Of a DNA stretch of 64,000 nt, positions 29,443 through 37,605 are shown piece by piece. Source of the stretch: Gemmatimonadota bacterium (GTDB lineage: Bacteria; Gemmatimonadota; Gemmatimonadetes; Longimicrobiales; Gaopeijiaceae); contig JADFRS010000002.1 of the NCBI GenBank assembly GCA_022561145.1, positions 258 through 64,257 on the forward strand, read 5' to 3'. Position 1 is the first letter of the stretch; every line of letters begins with the position of its first letter. Both the position numbers and the translations under genes were made by a program. Below the pieces are notes generated by a model. It saw nothing but the letters and a program-made list of their open reading frames with translations, had not been told where the DNA came from and did not search any database.

Positions 29443-29520
29443 GAAAGAAGCCGCTTGCCCCGAAACGTCGTCGGGCGCATTCTTCCACGCCATTTCCATT
29501 AGAGGGAGCTAAGGAACTAC

Positions 29521-31242
29521 ATGGATTTCTTCGCCAACCTGGTCGACCAGGCGAACGATCTCGTCTGGAGTTCGGGGATTCCCATCGGGGGAGAGAGCAT
29601 TCCCTTCGTCGTGATCATTCTCATCGGCGTCGGCGCGTTCCTGACGGTGCGCCTGGGCTTCATCCAGCTCCGCCGGTTCGGGCACGGCGTGGCCGTGGCC
29701 ACCGGTAGATACGACGATCCGAATGATCCCGGCGACGTGTCGCATTTCCAGGCGCTCACGACGGCCCTGTCGGCCACTGTTGGAATCGGCAACATCGCCG
29801 GCGTGGCCATCGCGATTCACTGGGGTGGCCCGGGCGCGCTCTTCTGGATGTGGGTTACGGCTTTCTTGGGGATGGCCACCAAATACACCGAGGTGACCCT
29901 CGCCCAGCACTACCGGAAGGTGGAGGAGGCCGATTCTCGGGTCGGCGTCGGCACGGTGTCGGGCGGACCCATGTACTACATCGAACGCGGGCTGGGACCC
30001 CGGTGGAAGTGGATGGCGATGTTCTTCGCCGTCATGCTGGGCATTACGGCCTTCCTCACGGGGAACGGGGTGCAGGCGAACACGGTGGCCGACACCATGG
30101 CAGTCGAGTTCTCCGACAACGGACTGCGCCTTTGGATGACCGGCCTCATCACGGCCAGCATCGTGGCCGCGGTGATTCTAGGTGGTATCACACGCATCGG
30201 TAGGGTGACCAGCATCCTGGCGCCCCTGATGGCGGCCGTATACTCCTTCGGGGCACTCCTGATCATCCTGCTCCACCTGGGCGACGTAATGCCTGCCCTG
30301 ACGCTGATCTTCACCGAGGCCTTCAACCCCTCGGCCGGCGTGGCTGGGACGGGGGTCGGAGCCGTTCTCATGACGATGATGTGGGGCGTGCGGCGCGGCC
30401 TCTTCTCCAACGAGGCGGGACAGGGCTCGGCCCCGATCGCCCACGCCGCGGCCAAGACCGATGAGCCGGTCTCCGAGGGCGTGGTCGCGCTTCTCGAGCC
30501 ATTCATCGACACGATCGTGATCGTCACGATGACCGCGCTCGTGATCATCATGACCGGTGTCTGGAGTGAGCGGGTGCCAACCGAACTGACGCTAGGCGGT
30601 GGTGACCTCAGCTACGTGAGCCAGGACGTGGAGGGCACGTACTCGGAGACGGACGCGCCGGATGGGATCACCATCCTCGATGGTCGTCCGGTGGCGACCG
30701 GTGCGGGCGCCGCCCAGTTCGCCTGGCATGAAGTCGCGGTCGCGGAGTTCTACCTGGACGAAGCACATTCGAGACCGTTTACCGGGACGATCTTCCCAGC
30801 GCGGGGCGAGGCGGTGGAAGCCACCGGCGTCACGCACACCTCGTTGTACGGTCCGGCCGTGGAGAGCGGTGCTCCGCTTACGATGCTGGGCTTTCGGCGC
30901 GGACTGGCGCCACTGGGGGACTGGGGACACTACATCGTCATCCTATCGGTCTTCTTGTTTGGGATTTCGACTGCGATCTCGTGGAGCTACTACGGAGATC
31001 GGTGTGCTAACTACCTGTTCGGGCACAACGCGATCTTCCCGTACAAGGTGGTTTACGTGCTCATGCACTTTGTCGGCGCGGTCGTTTCCCTCGATCTCAT
31101 ATGGACGCTCGGGGACGTATTCCTGGGCATCGTGATCCTGCCCAACCTGATCGCCCTCGTGTTCCTGTCCGGCAAGGTGGGCGAGCTGACCAAGAGCTAC
31201 TTCCAACGGGAGCCGTGGAACAGGAATCGTGCGACGGACTGA
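29521..31242 (+). CDS. Alanine/glycine:cation symporter (AGCS family) with an enlarged extracytoplasmic loop
   Basis: 573 aa. AGCS signatures are present: SHFQALTTALSATVGIGNIAGVAIAIHWGGPGALFWMWVTAFLGMATKYTE, FSNEAGQGSAPIAHAAAKT, and GISTAISWSYYGDRC. Confidence 0.9.
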   Translation: MDFFANLVDQANDLVWSSGIPIGGESIPFVVIILIGVGAFLTVRLGFIQLRRFGHGVAVATGRYDDPNDPGDVSHFQALTTALSATVGIGNIAGVAIAIHWGGPGALFWMWVTAFLGMATKYTEVTLAQHYRKVEEADSRVGVGTVSGGPMYYIERGLGPRWKWMAMFFAVMLGITAFLTGNGVQANTVADTMAVEFSDNGLRLWMTGLITASIVAAVILGGITRIGRVTSILAPLMAAVYSFGALLIILLHLGDVMPALTLIFTEAFNPSAGVAGTGVGAVLMTMMWGVRRGLFSNEAGQGSAPIAHAAAKTDEPVSEGVVALLEPFIDTIVIVTMTALVIIMTGVWSERVPTELTLGGGDLSYVSQDVEGTYSETDAPDGITILDGRPVATGAGAAQFAWHEVAVAEFYLDEAHSRPFTGTIFPARGEAVEATGVTHTSLYGPAVESGAPLTMLGFRRGLAPLGDWGHYIVILSVFLFGISTAISWSYYGDRCANYLFGHNAIFPYKVVYVLMHFVGAVVSLDLIWTLGDVFLGIVILPNLIALVFLSGKVGELTKSYFQREPWNRNRATD

Positions 31243-31268
31243 TCGACCGACGAGGTGAGGCAGGGACG

Positions 31269-31296
31269 CGGCCGGAGGCCTGATCGCCTCCGGCCG
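31269..31296. terminator. Hairpin between two convergent genes (AGCS symporter and dinB)
   Basis: cggccggaggc-ctgatc-gcctccggccg forms a perfect 11-bp stem, followed on the plus strand by TTGCGTT. It sits between the two stop codons at 31242 and 31332. Confidence 0.5.
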
Positions 31297-31331
31297 TTGC
31301 GTTGAGTGCTTGAGAGCCTACCGCACGGACG

Positions 31332-32633
31332 TCAGGACCTCAACACGCCGCCCGGCCGCACCGCCTGATCGCCGAAGCGGTGGCGCAGGTCGTCCATGAC
31401 CCGGGAAAGGGCACGATCCCGCTCCCCCTCCAAAGCCCCAGCATCGTCGAACAACTCGATCTGATGCGGGACGTCGCGGTCGATCAGGTTGCTGAGGCCT
31501 ACACCCAGCAGCCTGGTCTTGGTGCGGCGGGCGCTACGCAGCTCACCGAACAGGCTGTGCGCGACCGACACGATGGCGCGATCCGTCTCGATGGCGTCGG
31601 GAAGCGTGTGTGCGGCCGACCGTGTCGTGAAGTCACCATCGCGGATTTTTACCGTGATCGTGCGTGCCCTCAGACTCTTCTTGCGAAGCGTCCCTCCGAT
31701 CGACACGACGAGCTTCATGAGTTGCCGCTCCAGCTCGGCGTCGTCGTCTATGTCGCGGGGGAAGGTCCGCTCCGAACTGATCGACTTTCGTGGCTCGTGG
31801 GCCCGGACAGGTGTAGGGTCGATACCGCGAATCCGCTGATGCAGCCAAGTGCCGCGCTGGTCGCCGAGCCATTTCTGGAGCCAGCTCTCCTGGAGACCCA
31901 GCGCGTCGGTAACGCTCACCAGCCCACGGTGCTTGAGCGACTCCACCATCGCCGGTCCGATGCCCGGGATGTGGGCAAGGTCGAGCTTGCCCATGAACTC
32001 CGCCTCTTTGCCGGATGGGATCACGTGCACCCCACTCGGCTTTGCCAACCCGGCGGCCAGCTTGGCGAGCATCCGGCCCGTGCTCCCGCCGATGGATACG
32101 GAAATGCGTGTCTCTTCCAGAACGGTCCGGCGGATGCGCTCGGCGGTATCCGCCAACGTCTCCGCGGAGAATAGCCGCTCGGTCCCCAACAGATCGAGGT
32201 AGAACTCGTCGATGGATGCGGCTTGAACGACGGGGGATAGGCGCTCCAGAACTCTTCGGACGTCATGGCTGCGACGGACGCAGGCATCGCGGGGTACCGG
32301 CACCACGGTGGCTTCGGGACAGAGCCGCAATGCCTGGGCTGTGGGCATGGCCGAACGGACGCCGTATTCCCGGGCTGCATACGAGGCCGACGTAACCACA
32401 CCCCGCCCGCTGGAGGATCCGCCCACCAGCAGGAGGCACGTCTTTCCGACGCCCTCAGGGTCCTCGAGTCGCGCGACCTGGACATAGAATGCGTCGCAGT
32501 CGACCAGAAGGATCCTCGCTTCCGGTCCGGGAGGTTGAGGAGCTCCGGTGTGCGGTGTACGGGTCACGGGTCCTAGGTCATTCTCCACCTGAGAAGGTGT
32601 GGCACGGCTCGGGCGGGAAGGTAGACCTTTCAC
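31332..32633 (-). CDS. dinB: DNA polymerase IV (Y-family translesion polymerase)
   Basis: ILLVDCDAFYVQVARLEDPE, VVTSASYAAREYGVRSAMP and ASIDEFYLDL are the Y-family catalytic motifs. A HhH motif and a little-finger region follow. The exact start is uncertain because the protein has about 40 aa of N-terminal extension. Confidence 0.88.
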   Translation of the reverse strand: MKGLPSRPSRATPSQVENDLGPVTRTPHTGAPQPPGPEARILLVDCDAFYVQVARLEDPEGVGKTCLLLVGGSSSGRGVVTSASYAAREYGVRSAMPTAQALRLCPEATVVPVPRDACVRRSHDVRRVLERLSPVVQAASIDEFYLDLLGTERLFSAETLADTAERIRRTVLEETRISVSIGGSTGRMLAKLAAGLAKPSGVHVIPSGKEAEFMGKLDLAHIPGIGPAMVESLKHRGLVSVTDALGLQESWLQKWLGDQRGTWLHQRIRGIDPTPVRAHEPRKSISSERTFPRDIDDDAELERQLMKLVVSIGGTLRKKSLRARTITVKIRDGDFTTRSAAHTLPDAIETDRAIVSVAHSLFGELRSARRTKTRLLGVGLSNLIDRDVPHQIELFDDAGALEGERDRALSRVMDDLRHRFGDQAVRPGGVLRS

Positions 32634-32768
32634 TCCCGATTGCGAAGCCGGTCCTACGGGCGATAGAATCCGCCCACGGCGCCGGGAACGGCGGACCGGG
32701 GAGCGCCCGCCTCGGTGGGCGGTCCAGCCTTCAAGCGATCCTCGAATTCGAGGAAGAGGAGCCGCGCC

Positions 32769-33413
32769 ATGTCACATCCGTTCCAACTGCCCGACCTGGG
32801 CTACGATCATGATGCCCTTGAGCCCCATATCGATGCGCGCACCATGGAGATCCACCATGGCAAGCACCACCAGGCCTATACGAACAAACTGAACGGGGCC
32901 CTCGAGAGTCACTCCGAGCTTCACGGTTACACCGCTGAACAACTCCTCATGGCGCTCGGACCGCTGCCCGAGGACATCCAGGGAGCCGTACGCAATAACG
33001 GCGGCGGTTACGTCAACCACAAGCTGTTCTGGGAGGTCATGACTCCAGGCGGTGCGGAGGCCCCTTCGGGCGACTTGGCGACCGCGATCGATGGCGCCTT
33101 CGGTTCGCTCGACGCCTTCAAGTCCAAGTTCGTGGCGGCCGCGGGTGCCCAGTTCGGCTCGGGATGGGGCTGGCTGTGCGTCGACCCGTTCGGCGACCTG
33201 GCTTGCTTCTCGACGCCGAACCAGGATAGCCCCCTGATGACGGGCCACACGCCGATCCTCGGTGTGGATGTCTGGGAGCACGCGTACTACTTGAACTACC
33301 AGAACCGGCGCCCGGACTACCTGGACGCCTGGTGGAATCTGGTGAATTGGGATGTCGTCGGCGCCAAGTTCGCCGAAGCCGGGGGCGGCTGGATCCACAC
33401 GTACGGAGGCTAA
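32769..33413 (+). CDS. Fe/Mn superoxide dismutase
   Basis: ATG at 32769 gives [37 protein letters not shown]. The C-terminal metal-ligand block is [20 protein letters not shown]. Confidence 0.95.
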   Translation: MSHPFQLPDLGYDHDALEPHIDARTMEIHHGKHHQAYTNKLNGALESHSELHGYTAEQLLMALGPLPEDIQGAVRNNGGGYVNHKLFWEVMTPGGAEAPSGDLATAIDGAFGSLDAFKSKFVAAAGAQFGSGWGWLCVDPFGDLACFSTPNQDSPLMTGHTPILGVDVWEHAYYLNYQNRRPDYLDAWWNLVNWDVVGAKFAEAGGGWIHTYGG

Positions 33414-33585
33414 GGTGCCCCGGCATAGCGGGCACGGACCACCAAACCGGTGGCCTGTGTAGTTAAAGAAACGGGGAGTCGGTCGACACTTTCCTGATGG
33501 CACTCGGAGCCGGCGATCCTTGTGCCTCCGTGAACATCTGTTTACAAATAGAGCGTTTGCTTCCCGCAAGAATCGAATTCTGGGT

Positions 33586-34350
33586 ATGAGGGATGCCGAT
33601 GTGAGGTGCGCAACCGAAAGATCGAGGTGGATTCCCCCCTGGCTGGGAATTCTGGTTCTGATGTCACCGGCAGTCGCTTCTGCGCAGTCGCTCGGTGGCT
33701 CGGAGCGCTCTGTGGATAGGGCGTACCAAGCGGCTCAAGCGCACGACTTCACGTTCATCCGTGACGTCAAACAAGTTCAGCGGTTCGTCAACGGCGGGTA
33801 CTTGGTTCGGGTTCGCTCCGGACGGCACCACGAACTTCACGGGGTCTCCTTCCCGTACGCGCGACCGGAGGTGGCGCTGTTCATCCAGCGCCTCTCCAAC
33901 CAGTACCGGAACGCTTGCGGAGAGAAGCTGGTCGTGACGAGTCTGACCCGACCGCTCAACCGCCAGCCGAGAAACGCATCTGAGTTCTCGGTGCATCCCA
34001 CCGGAATGGCGGTGGATCTGCGGCGGAGCGGAAGCCGGGCGTGCCGGTCATGGTTGGAGCGTGTCCTCATTTCCTTGGAGAAGTCCGGAGTTGTCGAGGC
34101 CACGCGTGAGCGCTATCCGGCGCATTATCACGTGGCGGTGTTTCCCCGGCAGTACGGCAACTACGTGGAGCGGTTGGTCGCACGCGATGGGGCGCGCGGG
34201 GCTAAGTCACGATACACGGTTCGCTCCGGAGACTCGCTTTGGACGATCGCTAGGCGGCACGGCACGACCGTCGTCAAACTGCAGGCTACCAACGGCCTCA
34301 GTGGAAGCCGGATCTACCGGGGCCAGGTTCTCACCGTCCCAGGGCGATGA
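33586..34350 (+). CDS. Secreted LAS/M15-like peptidoglycan hydrolase with a C-terminal LysM domain
   Basis: ATG at 33586 followed by a signal peptide (WLGILVLMSPAVASAQS). SVHPTGMAVDL matches the SxHxxGxAxD zinc motif of the VanY/M15 fold, and a later His block is present (YPAHYHVAV). The LysM domain is YTVRSGDSLWTIARRHGTTVVKLQATNGLSGSRIYRGQVLTVP. Confidence 0.7.
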   Translation: MRDADVRCATERSRWIPPWLGILVLMSPAVASAQSLGGSERSVDRAYQAAQAHDFTFIRDVKQVQRFVNGGYLVRVRSGRHHELHGVSFPYARPEVALFIQRLSNQYRNACGEKLVVTSLTRPLNRQPRNASEFSVHPTGMAVDLRRSGSRACRSWLERVLISLEKSGVVEATRERYPAHYHVAVFPRQYGNYVERLVARDGARGAKSRYTVRSGDSLWTIARRHGTTVVKLQATNGLSGSRIYRGQVLTVPGR

Positions 34351-34375
34351 CGGGCGGGAGAGTCGGCTTCTGCCG

Positions 34376-34987
34376 TTGAACCACCGCATTGTCTTTCCAG
34401 AAACCGTAGGCAAACTGGAACGTTACCAACTCATCACGTCGCTCGTGGTGCCGCGGCCCATCGGATGGATATCCACGTTCGGCCTCGACGGCACGCCCAA
34501 CCTGGCACCCTTCAGCTTCTTCTCGGCCATATCGGCTACGCCCATGCTCATTTCCGTGTCGGTGGGTGCGCGTAGAGGCGAGCGCAAGGACACCTTGGTG
34601 AACATCCGGCAGCGTGGGGAGTTCTGCGCGAATGTGGTGACCGAGCTCCATCTGGAGGCCATGAACCAGACATCTGCAGAAGCGGGTCCGGGTGTAGACG
34701 AGTTCGCGCTCGCGGGACTGCCCATGGCGACGGCGAGCGTCGTGAATGCGCCGTACGTGGCCGACTGTCCGGCGGTCCTGGAGTGCCGGTGCATCCAAGA
34801 AGTGGAAATCGGTGAGGCCGGTGGCCTGTTCATCGGAGAGGTCGTCGCCATCCACGTCGGAACGTCGCTCGATGTGATCGAGGGTACCGAATACGTGGAC
34901 CCGGAGAGTCTCCGGCCGATTGGGCGTCTTTGGGGCGCCGCTTACACGCTGCTCGGCGAGATCAAGGTCATTCAGCGTCCGCAGTGA
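34376..34987 (+). CDS. Flavin reductase-like (FMN-binding split-barrel) protein
   Basis: The frame is that of ORF 34061..34987. After the upstream gene ends at 34350 the frame has no in-frame ATG before the conserved domain, so I propose TTG at 34376 (CTG at 34370 is also possible). The domain blocks are LITSLVVPRPIGWISTFGLDGTPNLAPFSFF..., VNIRQRGEFCANVV and PAVLECR. The start is uncertain. Confidence 0.7.
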   Translation: MNHRIVFPETVGKLERYQLITSLVVPRPIGWISTFGLDGTPNLAPFSFFSAISATPMLISVSVGARRGERKDTLVNIRQRGEFCANVVTELHLEAMNQTSAEAGPGVDEFALAGLPMATASVVNAPYVADCPAVLECRCIQEVEIGEAGGLFIGEVVAIHVGTSLDVIEGTEYVDPESLRPIGRLWGAAYTLLGEIKVIQRPQ

Positions 34988-36695
34988 GCCAGAGGTCCAC
35001 AGGCTCGAACCGCTCGACGTCCACCAGGCCCCGGTCGGTGATCTTCAGAGACGGGATGACCTCCAGGCCCAAGAATGACATCGCCATGAATGGGTCGTGC
35101 AGGGGCGATCCAAGACGCCGCGCTGCCGCGACCACCTGATCAAGGCCATCGCGGATCGCTTCGATCGGCTCGGGCGACATGAGCCCGCCGATGGGGAGAG
35201 CGAGCGATGATAGCACCGCCTCGGCCTCGGCGACGGCGAGTCCACCTCCCAGACCCGCCACACAGTGAACCGCAGTCATCATGGACGTGTCGTCTGCCCC
35301 TATCACGATGATGTTGTGATGGTCGTGTGCGACGGTGCCGGCAATGGCCCCTCGCTCGAGGCCGATCCCGGTGACCAGCCCGAGCCCCACCCGTCCACTG
35401 GCGGTGTGCCTTTCGATCACGGCGATCTTGAGGAGGTCACGTGAGGGGTCGGCGACTGCGGCGCCCTCGACGATTCGGGGCTCTGTGAGTTCTGAACCGG
35501 TCACGATCTGATCGGGGATGGCGCGGATCACTCGAACCAGACCTTCCCGGGCCGGTATCGTGAGGTCCACTCGGTCCCAATCCACGGCCATGGTGGGAAG
35601 GGGTGGTGGAGGAGTGGGCCGGCGCTCCCACCGGGGCAATCCGTCCGATGCCACGAGCTCGCCGCCCGAGTAGACCTCACGCACGTCCATGAGGCCGAGG
35701 TTTCCCACCACCACCAACAGGTCGGCCCGCCGTCCCGGTGCGATGGCTCCACGGTCGTGCAGCCCGAAATACTCAGCCGGGTTGAGGGTCGCCAAAGGGA
35801 TCGCCTCGGTCGGATCCATCCCCCCCGCGATCAGCGTTCGCAGCATCGCATCGATGCCCCCTTCGTCGAGCAAGTCTGCCGGCTGCCGGTCGTCGGTACA
35901 CAGAGAGACACGCCGCCGGTTTGTGGTGGTCAGGGCCGGCAGCAGCGCCTTCAGGTTTTTCGCGTTGGACGCCTCGCGAAGGAAAACGTGCAATCCGCGC
36001 CGGAGCTTCTCGGTGGCCTCCTCTGGAGTGGTGCACTCGTGGTCGGAGCGTGGGCCTGCCGCTACGTAGGCGTTGAGCGCCTTTCCAGAAACTCCCGGAG
36101 CATGGCCGTCCACGACCCGTCCCGCGAACCGGTCCAGCTTGGCGAGGACTCCGGGATCACCGTGGATGGCGCCCGGGAAGTTCATGAGCTCGGCGAGACC
36201 GAGGACCCTCGGGTGCACCAGCAGTCCGGCCAGAGCTTCGGCGTCGAGGGCAGCGCCTGCGGTGCTGAGATGTGTCGCCGGCACGCATGAGCTGGCCATC
36301 ACAAACACTGAGAGAGGTAGTCCCTCGCTCGCCTCGAGCATGAAGTTCATGCCGTCGAGCCCGTGCACATTGGCGATTTCGTGCGGGTCGCACACGACCG
36401 TGGTGGTCCCTCTAGGTACGACGGCCCTGGCGAATTCGGGTGGTGTGGCCAGGCTGGACTCGATATGCACGTGGGCGTCGATGAGTCCAGGCACCAGGAA
36501 GGCACCTTGCAGGTCCACGACTCTCGCTGCGTCGTAGCTCTCGCCGAGGCCGGCGATCCAGGGACCGAACACGGCTACGTCGAGGTCCTCGACGTCACCC
36601 GTGAAGACGTTGACCACCCTGCCGTTCGTAAAGAGAAGGTCGGCGGGCTGGTCCCCGCGGGCCACCGCCAAGAGGTCGGCCTTTTCGAAGGTCAT
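34968..36695 (-). CDS. ade: Adenine deaminase
   Basis: ORF 34968..36731 with a likely ATG at 36695 (MTFEKADLLAVARG...). It has the amidohydrolase signature PGLIDAHVHIESS and the size (~575 aa) and two-domain layout of AdeC-type adenine deaminases. Its 3' end overlaps the convergent flavin reductase gene by 20 nt. Confidence 0.85.
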   Translation of the reverse strand: MTFEKADLLAVARGDQPADLLFTNGRVVNVFTGDVEDLDVAVFGPWIAGLGESYDAARVVDLQGAFLVPGLIDAHVHIESSLATPPEFARAVVPRGTTTVVCDPHEIANVHGLDGMNFMLEASEGLPLSVFVMASSCVPATHLSTAGAALDAEALAGLLVHPRVLGLAELMNFPGAIHGDPGVLAKLDRFAGRVVDGHAPGVSGKALNAYVAAGPRSDHECTTPEEATEKLRRGLHVFLREASNAKNLKALLPALTTTNRRRVSLCTDDRQPADLLDEGGIDAMLRTLIAGGMDPTEAIPLATLNPAEYFGLHDRGAIAPGRRADLLVVVGNLGLMDVREVYSGGELVASDGLPRWERRPTPPPPLPTMAVDWDRVDLTIPAREGLVRVIRAIPDQIVTGSELTEPRIVEGAAVADPSRDLLKIAVIERHTASGRVGLGLVTGIGLERGAIAGTVAHDHHNIIVIGADDTSMMTAVHCVAGLGGGLAVAEAEAVLSSLALPIGGLMSPEPIEAIRDGLDQVVAAARRLGSPLHDPFMAMSFLGLEVIPSLKITDRGLVDVERFEPVDLWLTADAE

Positions 36696-36779
36696 GGCGT
36701 CGAATATACGGAGCGCGGTTCGGCATGCCACCAGAAAGACTTCCTCAAGTTCGCGCCATGGCGTACCGATACTTTTCGC

Positions 36780-37367
36780 ATGAACCCTGTTGCCGCTCCT
36801 GCCCGGCCTCCACTCGAGGTAGACTCACCTCCAAGACCCGTCTACCTGATCGAGGCGGAGGGCTCTGTACACGAGCGTGTGATTCGGGAGTTGGGTTGCA
36901 CGCCCACCGAAGTCTTTTCCTCGGTGGCGGAGTTCGCAGAGTTTGGTCGTGAGCCCGGTCTCATCCTGCTCGGACCGGGGCTGAGGGCTGACCAGCCTCT
37001 GGTCTTACTCGCACACCTCGAAAACGAGGGACAGGAGTGGGTGCCCATATGGGTCACCGAGGGGCCGCAGGCCCTCGAGGGGCGGGCTCTTTCTGCAGAT
37101 GGTGCGGTGTCGGTCTCAACTCTCGTACGGCGTTTTCGGGATCCCGAAGAGGGAGAGCCCATCCTCTCCCTGAGGACCGTGTTGCGGATCGTGGCGAAAT
37201 CTCGGCACGACATCAACAACCCTCTTACCGCCGGCCTGGCCGAGACGCAGTTGCTCCTCATGGACGTCGAGGACCCCGAGATCAGGGCGCCTCTCGAGGT
37301 CATCGAGACCCAGTTGAGAAGGATCCGCGATCTCGTCAGCGACCTGGGCCGGATTCGGGCTCGCTAG
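36780..37367 (+). CDS. Small kinase-like protein: a degenerate receiver-like N-terminus plus a HisKA/DHp helix with an H-box, and no ATPase domain
   Basis: ORF 36363..37367. Its first 330 nt are antisense to ade, and the ATG at 36780 gives 195 aa. The N-terminal VYLIEAEGSVHERV...PGLILLGPGLRADQPLVLL is receiver-like but lacks the phospho-acceptor Asp context. The C-terminal SRHDINNPLTAGLAETQLLLMD...LRRIRDLVSDLGRI resembles the H-boxes of the two kinases in this window (AHEIKNPLASI, AHEVGNPLGAI). Confidence 0.55.
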   Translation: MNPVAAPARPPLEVDSPPRPVYLIEAEGSVHERVIRELGCTPTEVFSSVAEFAEFGREPGLILLGPGLRADQPLVLLAHLENEGQEWVPIWVTEGPQALEGRALSADGAVSVSTLVRRFRDPEEGEPILSLRTVLRIVAKSRHDINNPLTAGLAETQLLLMDVEDPEIRAPLEVIETQLRRIRDLVSDLGRIRAR

Positions 37368-37605
37368 CTGGCGAACACAGGCCAGGTGGCCGACCACAGC
37401 TGGACTAGCATGTTGCAAATCGCCAATCATGGTCGTTGCACTATGCAAGAGTGAGGCCTATCATTGAGGTGCTGTCCGGCCGGTTGCTCCGCCGTAACCG
37501 CTGTGCCATCTCTTTCGCAGGAGTCCCCCACTGAGCTCCACCACTCCCAAGCGCTCACTCGACTTCAGCCAGAGAGACCTACTGCGTTGGCTCTACGTAG
37601 GTCGA

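Noticed and set aside
34968-34987. A 20-nt 3'-end overlap between the convergent flavin reductase and adenine deaminase genes.
   Set aside because: Short convergent overlaps are common in compact GC-rich genomes. I saw no hairpin or conserved motif in the overlap, so there is nothing to suggest antisense regulation beyond the overlap itself.
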